Source of the DNA: Octopus bimaculoides
Lineage: Eukaryota
Assembly: GCF_001194135.2 (NCBI RefSeq)
Contig: NC_068989.1
Coordinates: 94,451,959 to 94,515,958 of the forward strand
Direction of reading: 5' to 3'
DNA: 64,000 bases
The notes beneath the pieces are model-generated. The model was not told where the DNA came from. It searched no databases and saw nothing but the letters and a program-made list of their open reading frames with translations. Positions 23,656-37,440 of the stretch are shown here, piece after piece. Positions within the stretch are counted from its first letter, which is position 1; every line of letters starts with the position of its first letter. Made by a program: the position numbers and the translations under genes.

Positions 23656-24829
23656 TAGAAAAGGTAATATATATGTATATGTACGTGCATGTTAATATAT
23701 ATGTACGCGAGTGTATTTAGATGCGTATATATATCGACATATATATATACGCATTGGTGTTTGTGTTTATTAGCAACTCTTTCCATGTATACATGTGTAT
23801 GCGTGTTTATTTATACGTTTGTGCGTGTATGTGTGTGTGTGTATACCCGTCTTATCCAAAGTACAGGGAACAAGGTTTCGCTTTTCTCACTGTAACCGAA
23901 ATTAGTTAATCGAAATGTCACCACATGCGTTTGTCGCATCGACTCCTGTGTAGTTGTGTGTGTGAGTTTAGAAATTTTGATCAACTACTTTCGTTTACAA
24001 TGAGAAAAGTGAAAACTTTTATGTTCCCTTCATTATGGATAAGTTGGGTGTACTTATCCACGTCACTGACTTTGCCAGATGATACCCTAATAACAGCAAT
24101 ACGGAGCCTTTAGCCTACTTACCATAAGCGATATTACAATATGGTAAATGCTTTCGTACAAGCGCCTCGTGTTTTTCAGGGAACCTTTTATGCATATTCA
24201 CGATAGAATATAAATCCTACGAAAACAATATAATTATTGGGTTATTGTCAATTTTCTCAAAGCTAATATTTGATTTGTTTTGCAAACTCTGATGATGTAA
24301 TCTGATTGTAAGTTATTTCCTCGCTTGCCGTATTTATTCATTAATGGAACACATTTCATAGTGTCAAATGTAAACCTCTGCTGATATTTGCGCTCTTATA
24401 TTTTATGTATATAACTCTGCATTGGATATTGACTGTCGTAATGTATTTCGTAACATGAGCGCATAGAGTTTGAAATATCACTTATAAATTGTGCATTATA
24501 TAGGACAGTACACAGCCATACACAAACCCATAAATATATTATGTATTGTGTATGTTTATATATATATATATATATATGATATGTGTGAGCTAATATGTGT
24601 GTGTATGCGCATGTGTGTATGTATGTACGCATGTATGCATGTATGCATTTATGTAAGCATGTATGCATGTATGTATGCATACATGTATGTATTAGACTTG
24701 TGTTTTGCGCTTTAATAATTTTCGGGTGAGGAATATTCTCGCCTGAAGGAAACAGCCACATGATCGGAATGAAGAGAAATTTTCTGTTTCTATAAACCAT
24801 ATGATCTCTATATATGGTACCTTCTAGAG

Positions 24830-24880
<51 letters not shown>

Positions 24881-25049
24881 CACACACGTACACACACACA
24901 CATACCTGTGTGCGCGTGTGTATGTATGTGTGTATGTGATTAAACTCTGTTTAACTGGAACCGTCATTTTGTGGGAGATCATTCAGTGAGAGACAAATAT
25001 CAATTAGTAGACACTGTATTAGAATAAGAGATACTAATAGTTTCCCTCT

Positions 25050-25140
25050 CAACCGGCTTCCCTTCCTGAACATCGACAAAAGGAAGGCCACTAAGCTGGC
25101 TAACCACGTATGGTGTTTGAAGGCGTCTACTGTCAAAAGG
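25050..25140 (+). mobile_element. Penelope-like element GIY-YIG region fragment
   Basis: Frame from 25051, NRLPFLNIDKRKATKLANHVWCLK, resembles the recalled PLE motif SF...KR..T.LS.(H/Y)(I/V)W.LK. Confidence 0.45.
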
Positions 25141-25707
25141 AACGTAGCTCTTTTTTTCTCTCACCATTCTTTTTATTCACCCTTCGTCTTCTCTTTCTAC
25201 TTTTTGCATCATCCTTCTTGGTTTTTCTAGTGGTTTCTCATGTAATAACGTCTTGGTTTTCAAATAGCAAAAGCCATGTTCTAAGAGCTTCAAGATTGCT
25301 TCAAGACACAAGTCACATTATTATAAAAGCTGCCTAACCATCTGTCATAATTGTATGAAATTCTTAACACCTCTTATTTTAATACATTGTACATTAAATG
25401 ATATATACATATATGCATAGAGAGAGAGAAAGAGGAGGAGATAATTAAATAGATAAATACACACAGATATATATATAGATATCTGTATGTGTATACATAT
25501 ATATGCATGTATATATATATATATATATATNNNNNNNNNNNNNNNNNNNNNNNNNNNNNNNNNNNNNNNNNNNNNNNNNNNNNNNNNNNNNNNNNNNNNN
25601 NNNNNNNNNNNNNNNNNNNNNNNNNNNNNNNNNNNNNNNNNNNNNNNNNNNNNNNNNNNNNNNNNNNNNNNNNNNNNNNNNNNNNNNNNNNNNNNNNNNN
25701 NNNNNNN

Positions 25708-25744
<37 letters not shown>

Positions 25745-27383
25745 AAGAAAGACAGGTGATAGATAATACTTGTGCACTTGATTGCTTGTAAGAGATTCAA
25801 TTGTAAACGTTTGCTCATAGGAATTCGTTTTTATATGTCTAAGCATTCACACATCTGTTTTATGTAATTGTCGTAGATCTCAGCCAGATATACATTAACT
25901 AGTCTTTGTTCATTTGAAATATGCGGCTGCAGTTTCAGTGATGCAATATTTTATTGTTATATCGCGAATCATACAGGTCTGCAAATTCTAGATCTCCTCA
26001 TAGAAAATGGTGGAATATATTTTATTTCTGTATCTAGAGAAACTGGAAAATAATATACTTTATTGCGAAAGTACTACTGACCGTTAGGCCAATAATGTTT
26101 CTCTCGGTACCATAAGCAAAATATAGTTTAGTACACCTCAAAAGCCTGATGCTAAATCGATAAAATTGAGGCGTCTCTAATTCCATGACTTTGATTTCGC
26201 AGTATGTTTGTGATGTAATGTTTTCCATTCAACTGCAACAAAATTTAAATTATTTTTATTCAGTAACTCATTCAATTTATATTTAGCGGAGAAATGATTC
26301 ATTTATCAATGACAGAAAATTTGCTGCTACGTTTGATTCCACATTTGGAATAGTTTTTCCATACTTCGATGCCGATGAAACCGTTCATAGAGACATCAAA
26401 ACGTTCATCGCATTCCTTTCATTTTTGACCCAATAGGAATCGGCGTAAAACAAGTAATTTCCTGACTTTAATTATTATGCCGGTATCAGTGTCACTAATA
26501 TTGATGAATGTTTTAGCAAGTTCTGAGGCGTTTTACAAAGTGTACCTAGTAACTGATGTGTAAAATTCCTCTATCAGACTAATGGAATGTAAACATTGAT
26601 TTCATTTTATTCCACTGAATTTCGTAATTTCACCACTGTTTCTATTTCATTGCGATAAATTTGTAGTATCTTTAATCTTTAAATTTATGAAACTCACTGC
26701 ATTTTCTATCAAAACCCATGTGTTTGTTTTATACGTCTAAGAATACATAAACCTTCATCTTTCTTGGCCTTTAAAGTAAATATATGGTATTTGTAAGACT
26801 ATGCATTCCTGACATTTGTATCATGAATCAAATAATGTTGATGTCTGCTAAAGGTCTTGGAATTGATAACGTTTATTTCTGAATAAGATATAGTTATATC
26901 TACTGACACAGGTTGTGGAGTCAGCTGTTTATAAGGACAGGTGAGTATTTTCTTTTATCGATGTGGCATCCAAATACTCTGGTTTCACGTGTTCATTTGA
27001 AAAGATGTGGACGCTATCAATATTGAAGTTTACGCTATTTTCCTTCCGTTTTGGTTCTGATAAGATCAGTTGAAATTTTGCAATGTCCTTGCTCCGAGTG
27101 ATGTATTTGTGAGTCTTTAAGCGTGTAGATTACTTGTATATATATCTCGATATATCTCTGTTTGCTGTTTCATAAGTGAATATTGTGCAGTTTGAATATC
27201 TCACAACTAGAAATATTGTAACCTCGTTTTGACATATATTTATGTTAACACATTTCACTGGATTTGAAAGTCCCTCATATTGTCAGCTAGAAACGGTCCA
27301 TGCATATCCGAGGCTTTATATATGTTTGTTCTGAGGTCAGCTTTAAATGTGATTGACGAAAAGATATGGAGAAAGTGTAGGTG

Positions 27384-27528
27384 AGGTGCAAGCGTGGTGG
27401 TGGTAAGAAGTTTACTTCCCAACTTCATATTCTTGGGTTCAGTTCCACTGTGTGTCTTGTATCATAGTTTCGGACTGACCAAACCTTTCTGAATGTATTT
27501 GGTAGACGGAAACTGACAGAAGCCCGTC

Positions 27529-27614
<86 letters not shown>

Positions 27615-27830
27615 GTATGTGTGTGTGTCTTTGTGTCTGTATTTGTTCCCCGTCACTAATTGACAACCGGTGATATTGTGTATATGTCCCCACAACTTAG
27701 TAGTTCTGCAAAAACCACCGATAGAATAAATACTCGTTCGTTTCGTTCGACTAAAATCGCTGAAGGCGGTGCCCCCGCAGGGGCCGCAGTCTAATGATTA
27801 TAACAAGTAAAAGAATAGAAGACTAAAAGA
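27384..27830 (+). mobile_element. CORE-type SINE with internal (TA)n
   Basis: tggtaagaagtttacttcccaac...gggttcagttccactg...ggtagacggaaactgacagaagcccgtcgta(TA)n...ggcggtgcccccgcaggggccgcagtc. Confidence 0.8.
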
Positions 27831-28386
27831 ATGAGTCTACAGAAGTAAAAATAAGTGCATTGGAATATATGTCTATCGGAGCCTATCAGCATGATGCCAT
27901 CTTATGGACCTTGGTATGCATAAGGATACGTCAAAGGAGTAAGAGAATAAATTCCAGTGTACTCGATTCGAAAATTGAAAATTCTTGAAGTAAATATTTT
28001 GGTACGAGTTTTCGTATTTTCTTTCATATTCGTCTCAGATCTAGGAAATAATTCTGGAATCTTTGTAACAATGGAAGTTATTTACTGATGCAATGTGAAT
28101 GCAATATTTTAGGTTGATAATGTGATATAAAAAGTATTGTTGCTGTTGTTGGAGTAGTTAATGCTACTAATTAATCTAAATACTATTGCACTGACTGCTT
28201 TATGTTCTCAAATCGGACATGAACATTTGTATATCTGTGTGGCTTCTAAAGGACCTTTTCCATAAATCTCTGGAAATATTTTGCTGAATATATTACCGCC
28301 ACATCTGTATTGGATAACGACGTCACTTTAGTGTGTTCAACAACAATTGAATCCTTCTCAATAGATTTCATGCATATTAATAGATG

Positions 28387-28433
<47 letters not shown>

Positions 28434-28488
28434 AGAAAGTTGGTATGTGAAAGCACGTGGTTGGATGTATAAAAGATAATAAGAGTGA

Positions 28489-28720
28489 AAAAACTACAGA
28501 AGGTTTGTGTTACATGGTTAAAGTATGTATTTAAATTATGTCAGAAAAATGTTAGAGAAATGTTATAAAATCTTTTTGGTATATAAACATTGTATTTTGA
28601 GAAATGTATCAAAATACAATGTTTATATACCAAAATGATTTTCTAAAATTTTTCTAACATTTTTCTGACATAATTTAAACATATACTTTAACCATGTAAC
28701 ACAAGCCTTCTGTAGTTTTT
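28489..28720. repeat. Long inverted repeat (~112-bp arms, 8-nt spacer)
   Basis: Left arm ~28489-28600, right arm 28609-28720; 7 mismatches counted by eye (~94% identity). Confidence 0.95.
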
Positions 28721-29425
28721 ATATTCNNNNNNNNNNNNNNNNNNNNNTATATATATGTATTGTTTGCAATTAATCACTGACAATCATACGTTTATAGACG
28801 TGTGTTTTTGTTTCTACATGTGTTTCTACATGTGTGGATGCTTGTACCCATATATATGTGTGTGCGTGTGTGTGTGCGTGTGTGTGTATGTAAACACACA
28901 CCGACATAAAAACACTCAGGCGTGCTCACTGACACTCTTATAAATGCAATATATCTCCAAATCCTAATTTATAATTTGCGTCGTCGTTCGATTACAAAAA
29001 TCCGCAATGATCAAATAATTGAAAAATGTAAAAGGCGTGTTGTTGCACATTAGAACACACACACAGTTACATACACACATTAATAATGAAACATTCACAA
29101 TTAATCGATTCGTTCTTTTTTATTGATTTCCATATCAAGATCATTTTTTGGCATACCATTTATTTATACCACATTAATCGTCTCTAATGCTATCATTTCC
29201 GATTTTGTAATTGCATGACAAAAGCAAAAGAAGCTCAGATACATGTTGCAATTTTGCTTTTGCTTTTAGTGATTCAGACCGTAATATATTGTGAATATTG
29301 CCAATGATTTTTGTATAGAAGTTCGGTCTAAATTCCTCGTGGCAGTTGCATACCGAACATGATCAACTTTACCTTTACTTTTCGGTTGGTTGACAAAATA
29401 AGAAGCAGGCAGTGTGGACATACAT

Positions 29426-29471
<46 letters not shown>

Positions 29472-32400
29472 ACACACACACACACACAATCACACACACA
29501 CACACATAGAAGGCAGTGTGCAAACTTTACCTTTTCTCTTCTGTTGGTTGACAAAATAAGCAGGCAGTTCCTATGAAGGATTTTATAGACTATTACCTGC
29601 TTCCATAATGTGAATACATTTAAATGATTTTAAACGAAAATGAATTATGTGTTGCCTGAACGTAGCACTGAACGTATTGGTAGACCTGTGGATTAATTAA
29701 CTGCCAGTATATAACTGCGAACTATGACTCTACATACATTCTTAGTTCAGAACCAAAGAAGTCGAATTCTTACGTTATTACTGCGAGGCCTTCGTTAGCA
29801 CAACCATCACAAAAGTATTAAGGCTGGTTTATTCAATAATACACTCTTCTAAACGAGTGGTCTTGTCGTTCTCTTAGAATTTAATAATTTATACAGATCA
29901 ATGACGCATCCCGAATAGCAAAGTTGAATCTTTTGGTAAAGAAAAGATGTTTCTTTCCCTTTACTTGAAACGCTTTCCCTTGAATTAGACGAGTGATGTC
30001 CATTTATGCATACGAGTAACACCACTTGACATCAACTCCTGAAATGCACGTCATTTATTCCATGGCCGCTCAGCCTACAAGAAGGAGTAAACCACTCGCA
30101 GAAATATCGTTCTAATGGCTGCAGCACTAAAAAAGAAAATGCATACCTTATTTTGTTGTCATACTACTTTTTCTACATGGACTAAACTTTTTACATAAAA
30201 AACAATGTCATTGATTGCCGAAGTGTAGTGTAAATACATTTATTTATACGAGACTGTAGGGTAAATACATTTACTTACCATTATATAAGTTGAAGACCTC
30301 TTGTATGAGAGTGGAATGGTAAATCTTTAATTAAATTCTAAAAACTATTTTGCATTGTTCGATGAGTTACTCGCTGTAAAGTATTGGGCTAAACGTCAGC
30401 CAGTTTTTTCTTAAATGATTGTAATTAGAACTGCAGAGCGCGATAAGTAAATAACATCATTTGTTTCTTTAAAATTAGCGGCAATATTCAATAGCTTAAA
30501 TGAACAAGTATCTTGTATATAACTGCGTTGATAGGTCAGCTAGGAAAAATAACCAAAGATCTAACAAATGAAACTCTGCTGTTCTAAAGAAAAAGTGGAA
30601 GCGTGAAGAGAGGGACATCTTTCACCATAGGTCTACATTATGAGACTCAGTTGCATAGATTGTGTACTGGAAGCCTTTTGTAAAGTCTCCTCAATTAATT
30701 ATAACTCTAAGGCTGGGAAGATGAAAGTTGCCTTTAATCATAAGTTTACTCTACCAATTACAACTATGAGCAGCCAGCTAGAAATTGCACTCAAACATAT
30801 GTTCATTTTCACCATACTGTCTTTAAGAGAAAGGGATGTCTTATTAGCTTATGTAATGCCTTCTGGTAACTTAAGCTTATATGAATCAAAGTTTCCATAA
30901 TTGTGAGGGATATTTGTATATAAAATTGACAACATGAATGAAAACAATAATTTTATGCCATTGTTTTACGTGATTAATTGTTTTTAATTAATCGCGAGTA
31001 AGCGTTTATACATAATTTAAATGGAGTTACAATAGTTTGTCCGCAAAATTACTTAAGATGTGAGTTTCACACTCAGGACCTCCTATTGTCGCTCATAGCT
31101 TATTTTTGTGTATTTTGTGTAGGCCATAAAATTGCAGGTTTTGAATCTGAGGTAGTTTACATAATCAAATTAGATGTCAAACACGGGAGAGGGTGAGTGA
31201 GAGGAGAGGAGAGAGCGGAGAGCAGAAGGAAAGAGAGAGAGGAAGCAGAAGGAAAGAGAGAGCGGGGATAGAAAGAGAGAAAGAGACTAGAACTTACTGA
31301 AAAGCCAAATTTATGCAAGCGTTTTGCTGTTTCTGAATCGTTCAGCTTCGAGTAATTTCTTGAGGGAATTTCACCTGCAATTTGTTGTATTAATTTATTT
31401 TTAAAATGTGTATTTTAACGAATACTTCAATAATACCTAAGCAACATTTCTGTTCAAACCTGAAACTTAATAATTTGTTTATTAGCATCATTCATTAACA
31501 CATGAACACTTCGAATTAACAATTTTAAGGTGACATAATGAACAGAGTATTCATAAAAATCATTATGTTCATATATTTTCTACAAAACAAGGTTGAAGGG
31601 ATGGGGGGTTTCGGAATATCATTAATGATTCGAAAAGAAGGAGACAAATATATGCATATCAAAATTCAATAACGGTACATAATTCTAAGCGAAATATATT
31701 CATTAGAGATTCTGCATATAAATACATTGAAATCGTTGGGGAATAATAGGTATCGAAAATGATGCATAAATTAAGTAAAAGCTTTGGAAAATGGCAAGAA
31801 ATAATCCGATAATATAGATCTCCGGCTCACTGGAATAAATAAATGATGAGTATTGAAAATATACAGAGAATGTGTAGTTGGTGGCCTAAAAAATAGGGAA
31901 AGAATGTTTAAATAATAATTAGAAAACGTTAGAAGAAAACTGAAAAAAATAGAGGAAAATATCTAATTTTAAATTATATTTTTGCTACAAAATGTCAGTT
32001 TATAGCGAAGGAAGTATGGAAAGGTGGAAAGTAAATAGTACAACTCATCAAATTTCGAAAGTTTCCGTCATTAATACAGAAGGTAGACTAATGTTTAAGG
32101 ATGATGCGCCGAAGATCATTTGGTGATTTGTTTGATTTGCAGACGCGTTGTTCTTTATACAAGGCACACCATGTTAGGTTTCTCCAGTGAAATATTAGCA
32201 CGAATTGGAGCTTCGTTAAAACTGAGAAGGCCAAGCATTCTTTTTAGCGGGGTTCCTACATTAGGCACCTCGGAAACCGGGATAACGTCCTCCAAAATGA
32301 AACTGTAGGTTCAAGGCTAGAAAAATATTCTTGAAACATTCAGACATATTCTGTATGGCTGGTGTAGCCGTTTGAAATCACATTTTTTTCACTACTAGTG

Positions 32401-33425
32401 CCAGTGGAACAGTAATGTATGTGATATACTTTTTAAAAGGAAGGTTGTAGGTAATTCTCTGCTGTAACGAGTTGTTTTGAGTCCGGTCACACTGTGCGTC
32501 ACATTGGACATCACTCTACTTCCAGGTGGAATTCGGCTAGTGGAACTTGCGCCTAAGTTCGCCTTATAGTGGTATATGTGTATATATGTATTTAACACAA
32601 TGCCGCTGGTTAAAATGAAATGATGTCCAAAAGATCAATGCGTAACATAGTCATTAACAAATAACTATTATGAAAATAAGTCCTTGGCTAAAAGCAATGC
32701 AGGAGTTAATAACGTCAACAACCTCTTGAAAATGGTGCCATGGTGTGTCTAAGCTGAAGAAATGCTCGCTGGCAGTGGGAACAACTTTGGCATGTAGATA
32801 GTACTTATCAAACCTTGAAAAAAGCAGAATTTATGCCACTAATAGATTTCTATTCAGGAAGTACCATACCAACTCTCCATATTCACTGTAATTGTCTTGG
32901 ATATACACTTCGTGAAATATTTATAGTCCAACGAAGCAAATCCAGAATTTCACGCATTGAATGAACTGCAGTGGAATTACTTACGCTAATTAATCCTAGG
33001 TGCTCCTTAAAACCAAATGCAGTTAATCTGAATTCGGATTATAACCGAGTGCTCGTACTCGCCGAAATAATAAGCATTATCGACCACACATACATAACGT
33101 GTACGGCTCGTATATTTGTGTACACCACTTTCAGAAGTTTAAAAATCCTGCACTTTGAGAGAGAATTCTTCAGCTCGCTATTCCATCCCAGCGAAAAATA
33201 CGCAGTACGTGCACGTATGTGTGCTTGATAACACACACACACATACACACACACGCACACACACACACACATACACACACACACACAAACACACACGCAC
33301 ATCTGTTATGTGCAGTGTGTGTCTTTATAAAACACACACTCGAAGGCCACGCATACACATAGAAATATACCCATATATACAAAAGAAAGATTGACAGACA
33401 ACTAGATAGATAGATAGATAGATAG

Positions 33426-33456
<31 letters not shown>

Positions 33457-34675
33457 CACACACACATACATACATACTTACATACATACATACATACATA
33501 CATGCATACATGCATACATATATACATAAACGTGAAAGTGTGTTATTTCGTTCGTTGTTTAAAGAAATACACACACAAATGGTATTATATCATTTTATGA
33601 CACTCTGTGGATACATATGATTTTGTTTTATCCTACAGTAAATCAACGTATTTTAGCCATTATAATGGTTTTGTGTCTTGGGCTGTCTGCAATAAACACT
33701 CGGAATTTGCATTAGTACACGAAATCTGTAAATTTAGCTGACACGGCTTTTATTCAATTATATACTTGTGTTCTTCTAGTTTTCCTTTCGTAAGTCAAGT
33801 CAACAAAAGCAATCTTTTCTTCTCGCTTTTGCAGACAAGGTACTGTATAAGTCAATTTCTCGTAGATTTCGACTGTTAACTCAGTTGTTTGAAAAGTAAA
33901 TGTGTCCATATTTAAAGCTAGTTCTAGAAATATAGCAAACTGGAAGTGACATTGAATGAAGGAAGAGTAAAATGTTACTCAAAATCCTTTTCCTAACATA
34001 TTCCTTTCTTATTAAATACAATTATAACCGTACGTTATCGTTAGATAGAAACAAATTTCAGTTTCTTTTAAAATCCATTAGAGACAAATATCCCGAGGAA
34101 TTACATGCAAGAATATTTAAACACACACAAACATATACAAACACAGACACACTCTCACACACACACGCATATATATNNNNNNNNNNNNNNNNNNNNNNNN
34201 NNNNNNNNNNNNNNNNNNNNNNNNNNNNNNNNNNNNNNNNNNNNNNNNNNNNNNNNNNNNNNNNNNNNNNNNNNNNNNNNNNNNNNNNNNNNNNNNNNNN
34301 NNNNNNNNNNNNNNNNNNNNNNNNNNNNNNNNNNNNNNNNNNNNNNNNNNNNNNNNNNNNNNNNNNNNNNNNNNNNNNNNNNNNNNNNNNNNNNNNNNNN
34401 NNNNNNNNNNNNNNNNNNNNNNNNNNNNNNNNNNNNNNNNNNNNNNNNNNNNNNNNNNNNNNNNNNNNNNNNNNNNNNNNNNNNNNNNNNNNNNNNNNNN
34501 NNNNNNNNNNNNNNNNNNNNNNNNNNNNNNNNNNNNNNNNNNNNNNNNNNNNNNNNNNNNNNNNNNNNNNNNNNNNNNNNNNNNNNNNNNNNNNNNNNNN
34601 NNNNNNNNNNNNNNNNNNNNNNNNNNNNNNNNNNNNNNNNNNNNNNNNNNNNNNNNNNNNNNNNNNNNNNNNNNN

Positions 34676-34723
<48 letters not shown>

Positions 34724-35659
34724 TGTCTGTGTTTGTGTGTGTGTGTGTGTGAGTGTGTAGGGAGCGGTCTGTTTGTGTTTATCTGTAAGTAATAACTCAA
34801 CTAACTCAGTGGAAACCGATCTGAAAATTGTCTTTGCAATCAATCACAACGATTGTGCCCATTCAAAAGATTGTGCCCATTCGTAAGGCTCAGATGACAA
34901 GAGGAATTTTCAGCATGAGAGAGGGTCCGATTAGAGGGAGAAACTCAGAGAGAGGTGGGTGGGGGTAAATATTTAAGCACACATGACTAGAACAACCTAG
35001 ATCATAAGTGTGTTGTATTACTTTTACACTGAGTTTAATGACTGTCTACTGCCAAATCTTCCTCAAATCGTCTTCAAATGAATCACTGAGGATAATGGGT
35101 CACGAAAGTGGACAAGATAAGGACTGGAACACATTTTGCAGTGGGCCTACTTCAAACAGCTGATATATTGTTAATAACAATGGATTATTCTCAAAGTGTC
35201 TATTCCTTTCAGAACTAGTTTCTCTTCATAGTTTCACATCATAGTTTTCTAATATTCGCTTATAATATAAGACGTTTGATTATAACTAAATAAAATTCAC
35301 ATATTTTACACTAGACACCAGACTTAGAGAAATGTTTTAAACTAGACTTAGGTTTTTGAAGTTGACTTTTTTATTTGCACACTATATTACTCGTTCTCTG
35401 GGAAATCTATCATCATACAGGAAATCTATCATCATTCTCGAAGAAATCTATCATCATACATATTGCACATCTTTCTTGATGATTCCTACATTTTACGAGT
35501 ATCTAGCAATATATTTTTAATTCTCCTTTTAAGAAAACATGCTTTGATCTGAAGGTCATTTTTCTCTTACTTCCGTCAGTCTGAGCATGAATCAGTCTCT
35601 TAGATACATAAACTTGCCTTATGAATTATATGTTGATTACAATATACGTTCAATCTTGG

Positions 35660-35816
35660 GGAAATGCGTGGCTTAGTGGCAAAAGTGCTGCACTGACGAT
35701 CGTAAGATTGTATTTTCAATATCTGGACTGGGTGATGCGTGCTGTTCTTTTCACGTTGTCCCGGTCCACTGAACTGAGTTATCCTGCGACAAACTTGTGC
35801 TTCATCCAATGGGGGT

Positions 35817-35820
<4 letters not shown>
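35660..35820 (+). mobile_element. tRNA-derived CORE-type SINE, degenerate
   Basis: gcgtggcttagtgg A-box-like head; ttttcacgttgtcccggtccactgaactgagt CORE-like block. Confidence 0.55.
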
Positions 35821-35858
<38 letters not shown>

Positions 35859-36039
35859 CAGAATCCGGCAAATTGCTGTTATGAACCTATAGTCCGGAAG
35901 GACATTTGATACTTCTTTTATCTTTTTATATGCTGGCAAAACTCTGTGAAGAACACACTTCAATAAAAATAGTTATAGACGGTTGGTCAATTCTTTCCAT
36001 TTTAGTATTATCCAATTTAATGTATCAATAACACTTGTA

Positions 36040-36250
36040 AATGTAGCTGGCAGAATAGTTAGCAAGCCAGGCAAAATGCTTAGCAGCATTTCGACCGTCT
36101 GTATGTCTTTTGGAGTCACATTTTACTGAGTTTGACTTTGCAGTTCATCTTTGGTAGTCGATAAAATAAGTACCACTAGAGCACTTGCTTTGGTGCAATG
36201 GACTTTGCCCCATCCTTAAAATTGTTGGCCTTGTGTCAAAATTTGAAACC
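36040..36250 (+). mobile_element. SINE, family M
   Basis: agctggcagaatagttagc...aaaatgcttagcagcatttcgaccgtc...gactttgcagttcatctttggtagtcgataaaataagtacca...aaaattgttggccttgtgtcaaaatttgaaacc. Confidence 0.7.
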
Positions 36251-37390
36251 AAATATTCCTCATACGATAACCATAGCAACAAAATAAATCCATGCTCTGA
36301 GAAACAAGGTCGGCTTTCGTTTCCATTTGTATCTCTTTCCTCCATTCGTGCCTGAAACGTAATTCTTACAAGCATTACCCACACGCATATTTATTTGATT
36401 TCGGTCATTTACTTGGTATTGAGACTCATGTTTTTATTTTATTTTATGAAGGATTTCTTAGAATGATAACGTACTTTTTAAAGAAAATAGCAGGAAAATA
36501 AGACGTTTAGATATTGATACTGTCAGAATTTCATTGTGTCATGTTGTGTAAACATTCTATTTAATCGATTTCGCAGCAACTTGTTATTTTTATTGTTTAA
36601 TGTAGCATGTATAAACTCCCATATTATCTTTATCGCTTATTAATTATTCTATGCTTCGTCACATCTTTGTTTCCTAGCCATTAAATGATATTTTACTCTG
36701 CATTGGTTTTTACAACGCTTCCGCTAACATTTCTTGCTTGACTTGGTTTATTTACTTCTGAACTTGATATGTCACTTAGCAATTTTACAGCCACTTTATG
36801 TTGGAACTCGTGTTAGTTTTATAAGTGTTGCACTTTGTAAGATATTTACACTAAAACCTTTATGTATTTTAGAATTTTTCATACAAGTGGTTAGTGCTAA
36901 ACTCTCAGAGAACAGTGTGTACGTCAAGTTGTCGCTTTTGATTTCTCGCAGTCATTTCACCAACATCGTTTAATTACCGCCCTTTAAAAGAAATGCACAC
37001 CACTGTACGTAAATACGACTCAGTTCATATGTAACCTAAGACTTTTGGTTATTAGTATGTTTGACTATTAAATATTGACTCCGTATAATAACATTAGGTA
37101 CCATTCTTAAGAATCACGATGTGTCGCATGATTTTTTTCTTTTACCTACGTTGCACTAAAGAGAACCATTTCTTTTTAAAGCTTACTGAACTGCTTTTGG
37201 TAACAAACAACAGTTCTATATTCCAACACTGTCATGTAGTATATAATAAAACATATATTATATAAACATATATAAACAGAAATTTAACTAATTGTAAAAG
37301 ATAAAGAATATTTTTAGTAACATAATATAACTGAATCGATTTCAAATGAACATATCAATTCTAAGTCATGTAGTCATGCGTACACAAATC

Positions 37391-37440
<50 letters not shown>

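Noticed and set aside
26314-26440. VHRDIK kinase-like motif in a plus frame
   Set aside because: The flanks do not fit a kinase catalytic loop (no PxNIL, no DFG) and the frame stops soon after.
31148-31156. TGAGGTAGT, let-7 5' end
   Set aside because: Only 9 nt match and there is no hairpin partner.
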